From Candidatus Woesearchaeota archaeon (GTDB lineage: Archaea; Nanobdellota; Nanobdellia; Woesearchaeales; JABGXB01), in contig JABGXB010000002.1 of assembly GCA_018675975.1 (NCBI GenBank), positions 256,098 through 320,097 of the forward strand: a DNA stretch of 64,000 nucleotides, read 5' to 3'. Under the pieces are notes generated by a model. The model searched no databases and was not told the origin of the DNA. It saw only the letters and a program-made list of their open reading frames with translations. Position numbers and translations under genes: made by a program. Below, piece after piece: positions 9,419 to 18,959 of this stretch (the first letter of the stretch is position 1; the number at the start of each line of letters is the position of its first letter).

Positions 9419-9967
9419 ATGACTCAAGAAACAACACCTGAAACAATGGGTGAACAAACGTGTCCAATGTGTTTAAAACCGAGTTTATCACTTTGTGAAT
9501 TTTCAAAAGATATACCTTTTTTTGGTGTAACTTATTTTTTTTCAATGAATTGCGATAATTGTCAATACTATAAAAGTGATTTAGAATCTGCTGAAGAAAA
9601 AGAACCATCCAAATATACAATTAATATAAATAAAGATGATTTGAATATAAGAATTGTTAGAAGCTCATATTCAACAGTTAAAATTCCTACACTTAAAATG
9701 GATATAAAACCAGGTCCAAGCTCAAATGGATATATAAGTAATATTGAGGGAATCATAAATAGGTTCACAAAAATATTAGAACAAATAAGAGATGGAAGTG
9801 AAGATAAATCCGCAAGAAAAAGTGTTAAAAATCAATTAAAAAAAATATCTGATTTTAAATTTGGAACACAAGAATTAAAAATTATAATTGAAGATCCAAC
9901 TGGAAATTCTATGATTATTTCTCCTAAAGCTGTAAAAGAAAAATTAAAAGTAAAAAAAACTAAATAG
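9419..9967 (+). CDS. ZPR1 zinc-finger domain protein
   Basis: CPMC...IPFFG...CDNC, IPTLKMDIKPGP, SNIEG, IIEDPTGNS. Confidence 0.93.
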   Translation: MTQETTPETMGEQTCPMCLKPSLSLCEFSKDIPFFGVTYFFSMNCDNCQYYKSDLESAEEKEPSKYTININKDDLNIRIVRSSYSTVKIPTLKMDIKPGPSSNGYISNIEGIINRFTKILEQIRDGSEDKSARKSVKNQLKKISDFKFGTQELKIIIEDPTGNSMIISPKAVKEKLKVKKTK

Positions 9968-10481
9968 CTCTAACTTCTATTTTCCAAGAATTTGGTAATT
10001 TATGAGAAAATCTTTTTAATGCTGTTTTAGCAAAAACTATATTATTAGAACTTGTTCTTACTTCAGCAACTACTTTACCTTTTTTAACTTGAGCAGCTCT
10101 TGAAAGAGATTTCCCAAAAGAATGTTTCATTCCAGATGAAGTACGATCGGCACCAGCTCCAGAAGCTAATCTATTTTCTCTTAAAATATGATGTGCATAA
10201 AGTCTAATATGAAATTTATATTCTTCTCTACCTGCATTTACTTCTAAATATTTATTACAAGATTGACGTGCAGCTTCAATAGCATTATGTCTTATTTGTA
10301 AATCAGTTTCACTAACTAATTTGACAATATATAAAAATTCTTTTTTCTGATTACCCATAACATATCTAATAACTTTATTGTGAGGATTAGCACGAACAAA
10401 AGATTTATTTCTAAATTTTGATTTTCTAGTATATGGTCTTTCCAATCTTCTATATGTAACGAATTTTCTTAATTTTGCCAT
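9960..10481 (-). CDS. rpl10e: 50S ribosomal protein uL16 (L10e)
   Basis: QIRHNAIEAAR, HHILRENRLASGAGADR..GMKHSFGK. Confidence 0.96.
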   Translation of the reverse strand: MAKLRKFVTYRRLERPYTRKSKFRNKSFVRANPHNKVIRYVMGNQKKEFLYIVKLVSETDLQIRHNAIEAARQSCNKYLEVNAGREEYKFHIRLYAHHILRENRLASGAGADRTSSGMKHSFGKSLSRAAQVKKGKVVAEVRTSSNNIVFAKTALKRFSHKLPNSWKIEVRAI

Positions 10482-10553
10482 TTTATCGTATTTAACGGGA
10501 AAGCTTTTGCTTTATAAACATTACTAGATTTTATAAGATAATTAATTCGTTAA

Positions 10554-11210
10554 TTATTGTGATACAATTAATTGTAATAAATCATTTTGATATTGCAATC
10601 CCTCTAATTTAATAGTTTCATTTAAAATTAAACTTGGTGCTTGTGTAATATTATAATAATCAATTAAATAATTTATTAAATATTCATCTTTAAAATCAAT
10701 ATCCAAATTAATTGCAACAACTTGTTTATGAGTTTCCATTAATTCTTGAATAATAAAACCTTGTCGTTCACTAATTTGATCGTCTGCTTTAAAAAAGAAA
10801 ATAATTGGCAGATATCCACCGTCACACTTTTCATTTAATTCTAAAATTTGGGAATAATAATTTAATTCTAATAAAAAAAAATTTCTTTTTAATAAATCAA
10901 ATTCATCTTTTTTAAATAATGTTAATGCACCAAAAGAAGTCATTTCACGACCAATATCCCTCATATCAGTACTTAAATTAATTAATTTATTATTTATATC
11001 AAAACAAAAATCAGTATCAAAAGTATTCAAAAATTCTTTTTCAAGAATTAAAAAATCAGAATTCATTACATGATTATTAAAATTATCATCTAAAACATTT
11101 AATCGTATAAAATCTAAACCGTGAGCTGCAACTAAACCTAATGCAAATATACTAATTGTTAAAAATAAACTAGTAATAAGAACTCTTATGTTATCAGAAC
11201 CAGATGTCAT
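10554..11210 (-). CDS. Membrane-anchored protein with C-terminal thioredoxin-like fold (no CXXC)
   Basis: N-terminal TM, PIIFFF...SERQG...YNITQAPSLILN; paralog of 11207..11836. Confidence 0.6.
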   Translation of the reverse strand: MTSGSDNIRVLITSLFLTISIFALGLVAAHGLDFIRLNVLDDNFNNHVMNSDFLILEKEFLNTFDTDFCFDINNKLINLSTDMRDIGREMTSFGALTLFKKDEFDLLKRNFFLLELNYYSQILELNEKCDGGYLPIIFFFKADDQISERQGFIIQELMETHKQVVAINLDIDFKDEYLINYLIDYYNITQAPSLILNETIKLEGLQYQNDLLQLIVSQ

Positions 11211-11836
11211 TTTAAATTAGATTCAATTATTTCATATTCAGAAAAACCATTAAGTACAGTATTATAATTAATTACTAAACTTGGTGTATCTTCAACATCA
11301 TAAAAAGTTTCAAAAAAAATTAATTCTTCTGCATAACCATATTCAATTGCAAAAACTTTTGCACCATAATTATTTACAATTTCATCCAATACAAAACCTT
11401 GTTTTTTTGAAACAGAATTGTCAGCATAAAAAAATATTATTATTGGACTGTCATAATTACATTCTTGTTTAATATTATAAATAGTTAAATATGCTTTTAT
11501 TTGCATTAAATTATATCTTTTTTTTAATAAGTAAAAATTATCATCAAATTCATTTGTTTTTTCTTTTTGATCTAGAAAAGATCCAAGTTTGAATAATTCA
11601 TTAAATAATAAATCAACTCTAGTATTCATTTTACTGCAGTCTTCTTTAATAAGAGATTTAATTAAATTTTGTTCAACATTATAGGATTGACTATCAAGTT
11701 CAATTTTTTTTATTAGTTTATCATATTCATCAAACTCAATTGTAACACTATATCTTCCAATAAAAATTCCACAAATAAAAAATACAAGTAGAAAAATTAA
11801 AATAATACTAAAAAAGTGTCTTTCTTTTTTTACCAT
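11207..11836 (-). CDS. Membrane-anchored protein with C-terminal thioredoxin-like fold (no CXXC)
   Basis: N-terminal TM, PIIIFFY...SKKQG...YDVEDTPSLVIN. Confidence 0.6.
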   Translation of the reverse strand: MVKKERHFFSIILIFLLVFFICGIFIGRYSVTIEFDEYDKLIKKIELDSQSYNVEQNLIKSLIKEDCSKMNTRVDLLFNELFKLGSFLDQKEKTNEFDDNFYLLKKRYNLMQIKAYLTIYNIKQECNYDSPIIIFFYADNSVSKKQGFVLDEIVNNYGAKVFAIEYGYAEELIFFETFYDVEDTPSLVINYNTVLNGFSEYEIIESNLK

Positions 11837-13065
11837 TTTTTCTTAAATTTAAATACTTCATAAAATATGGCAGCCACCCAATGTATAAATGTTATGTATG
11901 GGTATACAAAAATATAAATCATAAAGCTCAAGGGATAATATAGGGCTTTTTCGCTATTCATTTTGTGAGCCAGGTAAATTGTAATTAATGTAATTAATGT
12001 TGCAAATAACAAAGGTATAACTAAAAATAAATCTTGATTTAATAAAAAGTTTTTTAATGACACACTTGAAAATATATAATTAAAAATATAATTGTCAATT
12101 AAATATACCCTTAAAACAAATTCATATAAATTAAAAATTAAATTAAATATAATCCAACCCACTCCAAATACCAAAAGGAATATACCTATTATATTTACAG
12201 GCATTTGAAATAATCCAAAAGCTGAATATTTTTTATTCAAGAACATATTTTTATATTTCCAATTACAAATAATAAATCCCCTAAACCACCGTATTCTCTG
12301 TTTCCATATATTATAAAAATTATTTGGTACATTTGTATATGTAATTGCATTTTTTTCTATTATTGTTTTAAAACCATAATATTTAAGCCTCATGGCTATT
12401 TCAAAATCTTCGGTCATAGAATTTGAATCAAAACCACCTATTTTTTTTAATAAGTTTTTTTTGTAAACACTTAGCACCCCATGACCAATAACTAAAGTTC
12501 CTATATCACTCATAATTTTTCTTGCAAAAATAGATAATAGATATTCAATCCATTGAATTTTTTCATAAAAAGTATTAGGTTTATTTACTTTTATTGAACT
12601 AATAACAGAACCAATAGTTTCGTCATTAAAATTTGATATAATTTCTTTTAATGAATTCTTTGATACTAACGAATCAGCATCAACACAAGAAAAATATTCA
12701 AATTTTGAAGTTCTTAATGCTAAATTTAATGCAGAGGATTTCCCACCATTAGACTTATTTACCAATTTAATATTTTTATTTTTTAATTCAAGTATAATCT
12801 TTTTTACAATATTTAAACTATTGTCAGTACTACCATCATTTACAATAATAATTTCTAATTTGTCTTTAGGATAATCTAAATCATTAACAGAAGTAATTGT
12901 TTTTTTAATTGAATCTTCTTCATTATATACTGGAATACAAATAGTAATACCTGGCCACTCTAATATATCTTTTTTCTTTTTATCCAAACTAATTAAATAA
13001 AAACTTAGCCATACAATTGATAAATATAAGGATATAAAAATAATTATTAATATTAAGTATTGCAT
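11830..13065 (-). CDS. Processive family 2 glycosyltransferase (BcsA/PgaC-like)
   Basis: IPVYNEE, DGSTD, GKSSALN, DAD, TED and QRIRW motifs; multiple TM helices. Confidence 0.92.
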   Translation of the reverse strand: MQYLILIIIFISLYLSIVWLSFYLISLDKKKKDILEWPGITICIPVYNEEDSIKKTITSVNDLDYPKDKLEIIIVNDGSTDNSLNIVKKIILELKNKNIKLVNKSNGGKSSALNLALRTSKFEYFSCVDADSLVSKNSLKEIISNFNDETIGSVISSIKVNKPNTFYEKIQWIEYLLSIFARKIMSDIGTLVIGHGVLSVYKKNLLKKIGGFDSNSMTEDFEIAMRLKYYGFKTIIEKNAITYTNVPNNFYNIWKQRIRWFRGFIICNWKYKNMFLNKKYSAFGLFQMPVNIIGIFLLVFGVGWIIFNLIFNLYEFVLRVYLIDNYIFNYIFSSVSLKNFLLNQDLFLVIPLLFATLITLITIYLAHKMNSEKALYYPLSFMIYIFVYPYITFIHWVAAIFYEVFKFKKKW

Positions 13066-13213
13066 AATATCAATAGTAAAATCATAAAATTATAAAACTA
13101 TCTAGATGACATTAATAAGTAAATTTAAATAAAACTGAAGCAATATATAGTTTACAGATTATAAAAGCTTTTAAAAATCTCGATATTAAAACAAACATTA
13201 AGAGGAAAAAAAT

Positions 13214-13639
13214 ATGAATTTTTTTGATTCACTAAAAGACAAAGTTTCGCAAACATTCAAGGGTAACCCAAATAAAGATGATTATGAATTATCAGGTGAA
13301 TCCACACCAGATGAATACTTAGAAGTAGGTGGCGGTTTTGAAGAACATGAAAAAAGTACCAGTAATGTTATAATAAGGCCGTTTATTTTGGTTGATTTTG
13401 AAGATATAAAAGACATTTTACAGTCATTGAGAGAAGGAAATACTATTTGTCTAATTAATATTAAGCCACTTAAAGAAAAAGATATGATTGAACTAAAAAG
13501 AGCAATTAATAAGTTAAGAAAAACTTGTGATGCAATTGGCGGAGATATTGCTGGTTTTGGGGATGAAAATTGGGTTGTTGTAACTCCAAAAATGGCTGAA
13601 ATCTATAAAAGTAAACAAATGGAATACTTTGAAGAATAA
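13214..13639 (+). CDS. sepF: Cell division protein SepF
   Basis: Amphipathic N-terminus; LREGNTICLINIKPL...ELKRAINKLRKTCDAIGGDIAG..WVVVTP core. Confidence 0.9.
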   Translation: MNFFDSLKDKVSQTFKGNPNKDDYELSGESTPDEYLEVGGGFEEHEKSTSNVIIRPFILVDFEDIKDILQSLREGNTICLINIKPLKEKDMIELKRAINKLRKTCDAIGGDIAGFGDENWVVVTPKMAEIYKSKQMEYFEE

Positions 13640-13707
13640 TATTCTAGATCAAAAGCTTTAAAAATTGATAAATGTATTTTTTGATATAAGAAATAAGAGG
13701 TATAATT

Positions 13708-13872
13708 ATGGAAAATTTAATTAACAAGTCAAAAATAAAAGAAACTACAGACTTAAATGTTGCATCAGACTTTTATGAACATTTAAATAAAGTTCTACAC
13801 GAATTGATTCAAAAAGCTTCTGAAAGAGCTAAAGCTAATGGAAGAAAAACATTAAAACCTATGGATCTTTAA
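13708..13872 (+). CDS. Small histone-fold protein (DUF1931-like, short alpha3; not in ORF track)
   Basis: MENLINKSKIKETTDLNVASDFYEHLNKVLHELIQKASERAKANGRKTLKPMDL; GAGGT SD and own TATA-like box. Confidence 0.9.
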   Translation: MENLINKSKIKETTDLNVASDFYEHLNKVLHELIQKASERAKANGRKTLKPMDL

Positions 13873-13888
13873 TTTTTTAATATTATTT

Positions 13889-14362
13889 TTAATTTTTTTT
13901 TATAATTTCTTTATACAAAATCACTATTACTGAAATAGTAATTAATATATCTGCAAAATTAAATATATTAAAAGTATAAAAAAAAACTTTTAATGAAAAC
14001 ATATCCATAACATAACCAAAAAAAATTCTGTCTAATAGATTACCCATAGCTCCCGCATTTAATATTAATAACCAAAAACCATATTCTTTAATATAATCGT
14101 AAAATAAAATTTGTATTAAGAAAAATATAATTGTAATTATAATAAATAAATTAATATAACCTCCAAAAAGACCAAAAGAAATTCCAGTATTTTTTACATA
14201 AAAAATATTAAATTCAAATATATTTGTATTAATTAAATTTAATATTTTATTTTCTGTAAAAATTTTAATTACTCTATCAATTAAAACTAAAAAAATAAAA
14301 TAAATAAAGAATTTAATTTGAAATATTTTTTTTATATTAGATTTAAGTATATCTAAATTCAT
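13889..14362 (-). CDS. lspA: Lipoprotein signal peptidase II
   Basis: NTGISFG, GAMGNLLDR, VMD and FNFAD catalytic aspartate motifs; four TM segments; start placed at ATG 14362. Confidence 0.9.
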   Translation of the reverse strand: MNLDILKSNIKKIFQIKFFIYFIFLVLIDRVIKIFTENKILNLINTNIFEFNIFYVKNTGISFGLFGGYINLFIIITIIFFLIQILFYDYIKEYGFWLLILNAGAMGNLLDRIFFGYVMDMFSLKVFFYTFNIFNFADILITISVIVILYKEIIKKN

Positions 14363-14810
14363 TTCCTTTATTTTTTTTAAGATCATTTTCAAGTTTGTCT
14401 AATTTAGAATTAATTAAATCTAAATATGCCCTCATAGCATCTAATTTCATATTAATAGTTTGAAAATTCATATGATCATCTTGTTGATTTTTTATATGAT
14501 TTGAACCTGAAAAAAAGTTTTTATTTGCATCATTACGAATGGGACCATTCATATCAACATCATTTTGATTATTTATTTCATCATGTGAATTTAAATTATC
14601 ATTAAAATTTTGATTATTTGTATTGTGACCATCTACATTGTTCAAATTATTTGAATATTGATCATCGTGTTGATTATTATTATGGACATTATCGTTTTGC
14701 ATTTCATTATTTTCATTATGATAGTCCTTATTTAAATCATCAGAACCAAAATTTAATTCATCAAAATCATCTTCTTTTTTCCAAAATTTTAATTTATCTA
14801 CAAATGACAT
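14343..14810 (-). CDS. Hypothetical protein: amphipathic N-terminus, Asn/Asp-rich disordered linker, C-terminal coiled coil
   Basis: MSFVDKLKFWKK; N/D/H/Q low complexity; INMKLDAMRAYLDLINSKLDKLE heptads. Confidence 0.75.
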   Translation of the reverse strand: MSFVDKLKFWKKEDDFDELNFGSDDLNKDYHNENNEMQNDNVHNNNQHDDQYSNNLNNVDGHNTNNQNFNDNLNSHDEINNQNDVDMNGPIRNDANKNFFSGSNHIKNQQDDHMNFQTINMKLDAMRAYLDLINSKLDKLENDLKKNKGNEFRYT

Positions 14811-14811
14811 C

Positions 14812-15543
14812 TTAATAATCCTCTATTGTTTTTTTAAACAAATTAATTTTTGCTCTTATTTTTGTTAATATATTTGGATCTGCATAACCTTTAACTGCAT
14901 TTTTATATAATTGTTCAAGGTTTTCAATTTTATCTTTCAATTCTATTATTTTAAAATCTTCATTACCCAAATGCTTACTCATTTTTTTTTCAATATGATT
15001 TATTCTATGTTTTCTTTCTTTTGTTTCAGTAATTACTTTATTATGATTATCGATTATTTGTAACATTAAATTTTCTAATTTATCCAATCTATTTTGCAAA
15101 CCACTTGCCTTATGTTCCCTTATTTTTTTAATATTATTTACGTGATTATCTACATTTAATATATTAGAATTTAATTTTCGAATTATATCCGTTTTATATT
15201 TTTCATTATGTTCTATATCTTTAATTTCTATCTTCCCTAATACTTGAGCTAAATTTTGTTCAAATTGATTTATTTTTTCAATTTCACTCTCAATATTATT
15301 ATTAGATTCTTGCAAAATTTCTAAATTAAATTTATTTGTTTGAACACCATCATAAATATCTTTTAATTCTTTTTTTACTAAATTCCAATCTGATGGTTTA
15401 GTTAAAGATTGTTGTTTATCTTCTTTAAAAACAGTTTTAAAAAATTTATCTTTTTTTTCTAAACCCTTAACTACGTGTCCAAAAAATTTTCTTACATGTT
15501 TAGCTGCCATATTATTAATGTTGATTTTGTGAATAAGATCCAA
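14812..15543 (-). CDS. Hypothetical coiled-coil protein
   Basis: 243-aa ORF with long heptad repeats, coupled to neighbours. Confidence 0.7.
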   Translation of the reverse strand: MDLIHKININNMAAKHVRKFFGHVVKGLEKKDKFFKTVFKEDKQQSLTKPSDWNLVKKELKDIYDGVQTNKFNLEILQESNNNIESEIEKINQFEQNLAQVLGKIEIKDIEHNEKYKTDIIRKLNSNILNVDNHVNNIKKIREHKASGLQNRLDKLENLMLQIIDNHNKVITETKERKHRINHIEKKMSKHLGNEDFKIIELKDKIENLEQLYKNAVKGYADPNILTKIRAKINLFKKTIEDY

Positions 15544-16171
15544 ATGTATTTTTTAATTGATCATCATTATGTGGCTCCATATCAGGAGGCATACTCATAC
15601 CACCTTGTGGTAGATTTTGACCGCCATCATTAAATTGTGGTGAACCTTGAGGCATACCATTTGGTTGTTCTGGTGGAAGTGGAGGCATATCAAAATTATT
15701 TGATGGTGGCACACCACCCATTTGTTCCATTTGACCATCAGGCATTTGATTGTTTTGCATTTGATCATATTGACCCTGATTTTGATTTAAATCCTGAGGA
15801 CCATTTTGCGTTAAGCCCATAGCATTTTCAATCTCATCAAATTTTGCTTGAACCGCTTCAGTTATTGCAATTAAACCTTGAGCAATTTTTTTATTTTGTT
15901 CTATTAAAACATCAACTTTAGATTCAATCGGATCTAATCTTTTTTTTAATACTTGATTTTCATTATCTTCTAACTTCATCTCAAGTGATGCATCGTGAAA
16001 AACATCAATTAAACCTTTTAATGTGGAAGTTAAACTTTTTATTGACTTGTGTAATTCTTCGTCGTGATTTACAACATCTTGTGTTCCATCCGTTTTTAAA
16101 TTTTTAATTTCAGAATGTAATTGGTTTAGTGAATCTCTGGAAATAAATTCATAATCATCATTTTTAGACAT
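15515..16171 (-). CDS. Hypothetical coiled-coil protein with Q/P/G/M/N-rich tail
   Basis: GAGGTG SD; helical N-terminal half; low-complexity C-terminal half with PPLPP. Confidence 0.75.
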   Translation of the reverse strand: MSKNDDYEFISRDSLNQLHSEIKNLKTDGTQDVVNHDEELHKSIKSLTSTLKGLIDVFHDASLEMKLEDNENQVLKKRLDPIESKVDVLIEQNKKIAQGLIAITEAVQAKFDEIENAMGLTQNGPQDLNQNQGQYDQMQNNQMPDGQMEQMGGVPPSNNFDMPPLPPEQPNGMPQGSPQFNDGGQNLPQGGMSMPPDMEPHNDDQLKNTFGSYSQNQH

Positions 16172-16238
16172 AAAAGCACCTCTTATTTACAAATAAAATA
16201 GACAATTACAATTTAAAAGTGTTTATATTTAAAAAAAA

Positions 16239-16676
16239 TTATTTTCGTCTTATTCTATCTATAATCATAAAAATATAGGAAACTAAAAAGAAAAAAAGTG
16301 ATATCATTAATCCATACATCAATAAACCCACTAATATTAAAGACGCTGGAGGATTATCTTTAAACATAGTCATAGCAGCAAATAGAACTAAAATTATTGT
16401 TAAAATAATAATAAATAGTGAAATCATAGAACATATTAAGCTACAATTTGCTAATTTTGTATGCTTTGATTGATTGTTTGAAATATCAATAAAATATTTT
16501 GCAGGAAAATATACAATTATTAAATAAAATAAACTAAGAAATAAATTTCCAAATATATTTGAAGAATCAGATGAACCAGTTAAATCTAAATAAAGAAAAA
16601 ATATAGTTTCAAAAATAATAATCCCTAATAAAGAATAACCAGTAAATTTGTATAAATATTTATTCATATAAATCAT
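16239..16676 (-). CDS. Hypothetical 4-TM membrane protein
   Basis: Four hydrophobic segments. Confidence 0.6.
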   Translation of the reverse strand: MIYMNKYLYKFTGYSLLGIIIFETIFFLYLDLTGSSDSSNIFGNLFLSLFYLIIVYFPAKYFIDISNNQSKHTKLANCSLICSMISLFIIILTIILVLFAAMTMFKDNPPASLILVGLLMYGLMISLFFFLVSYIFMIIDRIRRK

Positions 16677-16713
16677 ATCACTTTTAATATTTAAAAACGT
16701 TTAGAAATCACAC

Positions 16714-17007
16714 TTATATTATAGCTGCAATAAACATCAATATAATAATAGCCAATAAACACCATTTAACAACTTTTAAATTATAATAAAATTCTAGAGG
16801 AAAATTTGTTTTTCTTCCAAAAAAGGCTGGCCAAAAAAACATCATAAATTGAAATCTTGCTTTTAATTCAAATGGATTAAAATAATTTTTTTTCCCTCCA
16901 TAATAAACTGCATTAAATATACCCCATAATTTAAACATAAAAATACCGCATATGATCAGCATAATAAAAATTAAAAATACTAGGCTTAAATTAATTAAAA
17001 TATTCAT
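16714..17007 (-). CDS. Hypothetical small membrane protein
   Basis: Hydrophobic termini. Confidence 0.5.
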   Translation of the reverse strand: MNILINLSLVFLIFIMLIICGIFMFKLWGIFNAVYYGGKKNYFNPFELKARFQFMMFFWPAFFGRKTNFPLEFYYNLKVVKWCLLAIIILMFIAAII

Positions 17008-17058
17008 AAACTTATTTTCTATAAAAAATTATATAAACATATCTAAAAAGTAAAAAAT

Positions 17059-17433
17059 TTAAACTAATTTTGCATTAATAACGCCAACCTGTCCAGGTCT
17101 ACTTGTTACAACTGCATTTCCTTGTTCAGTAGAAATTATTGAACCTTTTGTAATGATATTTCGTCTTACAAAATGTCTATTTGCAGGATTTTCAACTACA
17201 GAATTAATTTTTATTTTGGAAAAAGTTCCATCTTTTTTTGCTAAATTACAAAATTCAGCTCTTAAAAGTAATTTTTTTTTATTTCCACCCATTATTCTAA
17301 CAATTTTTAATTTGGTTTCTCCAATTTTTGTTAAACTTGGATTTGAACCTAATTGTGACTTTCGTCTTGGAGTATAATTGAAAAATCTTCCACCTGAAAT
17401 TTTTCTTTTTGATCTTGTCTTTAAATAAGCCAT
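17059..17433 (-). CDS. rps8e: 30S ribosomal protein S8e
   Basis: RSKRKISGGR...VVENPANRHFVRRNIITKG...VTSRPGQVGVINA; start placed at ATG 17433. Confidence 0.96.
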   Translation of the reverse strand: MAYLKTRSKRKISGGRFFNYTPRRKSQLGSNPSLTKIGETKLKIVRIMGGNKKKLLLRAEFCNLAKKDGTFSKIKINSVVENPANRHFVRRNIITKGSIISTEQGNAVVTSRPGQVGVINAKLV

Positions 17434-17547
17434 AACGAACGAAAAATATAAGGATTTAAAAAAGTATCTGTAATCCAATAAAGATTAACTACAAATATTG
17501 TTTTATAATTAAGATAAATTTATAAGAAATCAGTAATCATTTATAAG

Positions 17548-17910
17548 GTGCAATTCCAAATTAATACAATTTCCAAAAAATTAGAAAATTTCAACATTAT
17601 ATTCAATAATTATAATGAAACAGAATATAGCCAAAAAATATTAATTAATTTGATAGAAATAATAGGTGATTGTATTTTAGAATTAAAAAAACAGGTTAAA
17701 ATTAGTGATAATTTACAAAAGATATTAAATGAAATATCAAATACAATAGAAGAATATAAAAAAAGCCCAATGGTTTTTAAAAAAAAAGACAAATTAATTA
17801 TAGCAAATAAAGAATACAAATTGTGTGCATTAACAAAAGATATTGTCAAAAATTATTATGACAATCTAATAAGAGAGATAAAAACCTTTGTAGAAAATGG
17901 AAAACGATAG
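17548..17910 (+). CDS. Hypothetical helical protein (distant paralog of the next two genes)
   Basis: C-terminal pattern shared with 17897 and 18431; GTG start uncertain. Confidence 0.55.
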   Translation: MQFQINTISKKLENFNIIFNNYNETEYSQKILINLIEIIGDCILELKKQVKISDNLQKILNEISNTIEEYKKSPMVFKKKDKLIIANKEYKLCALTKDIVKNYYDNLIREIKTFVENGKR

Positions 17911-18391
17911 TGAAGAATATTCAAATAATAATTATTATTTAGCAAAAGAGGATTTTAAAAGAGTTGATCATATAATCTATGTTAGTTTAAAATATACAAA
18001 AACTGTTGATATGATGAGAAATGGTATTGATAGAATGATATCAACCATGTATTATTTGAGAGAATATTTACTATGTCTTGCTTATGAAAAAAACTTGATT
18101 GAAAATATTCCAAAAATTGAAGTATATAAAGGAAATTTATTAAAAAAACTAATTAATTTAGAGGAATTTGATGAATTTATATCATTTTATAGAAAAATCA
18201 GAAAAATTGTAAAATCAGATTTTACAAAACATTGTGAATTTAGAAAACATATGTGTATGATGATTGAAGATGACGAATATGGCACAGTTAAAGTTGGAAC
18301 AGAAGAAGTTCTAAATTTTTTTGAAAAGTTAAATGGTTATATGAAGTTGATTAAAAAAATCGAAGAAGAAAATTTTTTTATTACACAATAA
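17897..18391 (+). CDS. Hypothetical helical protein (possible HEPN-like bundle)
   Basis: AKEDFKRVDHIIYVSLKYTKTVD...YRKIRK...EFRKH. Confidence 0.65.
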   Translation: MENDSEEYSNNNYYLAKEDFKRVDHIIYVSLKYTKTVDMMRNGIDRMISTMYYLREYLLCLAYEKNLIENIPKIEVYKGNLLKKLINLEEFDEFISFYRKIRKIVKSDFTKHCEFRKHMCMMIEDDEYGTVKVGTEEVLNFFEKLNGYMKLIKKIEEENFFITQ

Positions 18392-18430
18392 AATAATAAT
18401 GTTTATTAGTATTAACAAATACATAGTATT

Positions 18431-18928
18431 ATGTCAGAAATTAACCCAGCTACAATTAAAATTAAATTTTCTATGACTTATAATCTTATTAGGGTTACAT
18501 TAAAAAATATAAAAAATGTAGATAATATACTAAATACATTAAATAGCGTGTTAGAAACATATAAAGAAATTCGAGAATTTATTATTAGTGATTTAATTGA
18601 AAAAGAATTAATGGATAATTTAGAGAAATATGAAATAAAAAGAGAAAATAAATTAAATGAATTTTTAAAAAATGATAAAATATCTGAATATATATATCAA
18701 TTTAGAAAAATAAGACAATTATTGATTAAAAATGAATTTGAAACCATAAATTTATTTAGAAAACATTTTACAATTATTTTTAAGGATGACCATAATGAAA
18801 AATTTGAATTTACTCAAAAAAAATTAGAATTTGTATACAATGATCTAGAAGACTTCTATAAATTAGTTCAAGAATTAATTGAATTAGATTATAATTTAAA
18901 AACAATCGAAGCTGAGAATTTAGAGTAA
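18431..18928 (+). CDS. Hypothetical protein, paralog of 17897..18391
   Basis: LIRVTLKNIKNVD...FRKIRQ...LFRKHF aligns to the previous gene. Confidence 0.65.
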   Translation: MSEINPATIKIKFSMTYNLIRVTLKNIKNVDNILNTLNSVLETYKEIREFIISDLIEKELMDNLEKYEIKRENKLNEFLKNDKISEYIYQFRKIRQLLIKNEFETINLFRKHFTIIFKDDHNEKFEFTQKKLEFVYNDLEDFYKLVQELIELDYNLKTIEAENLE

Positions 18929-18959
18929 ATTTTATAATAAAATTAAATAATTATTATAC

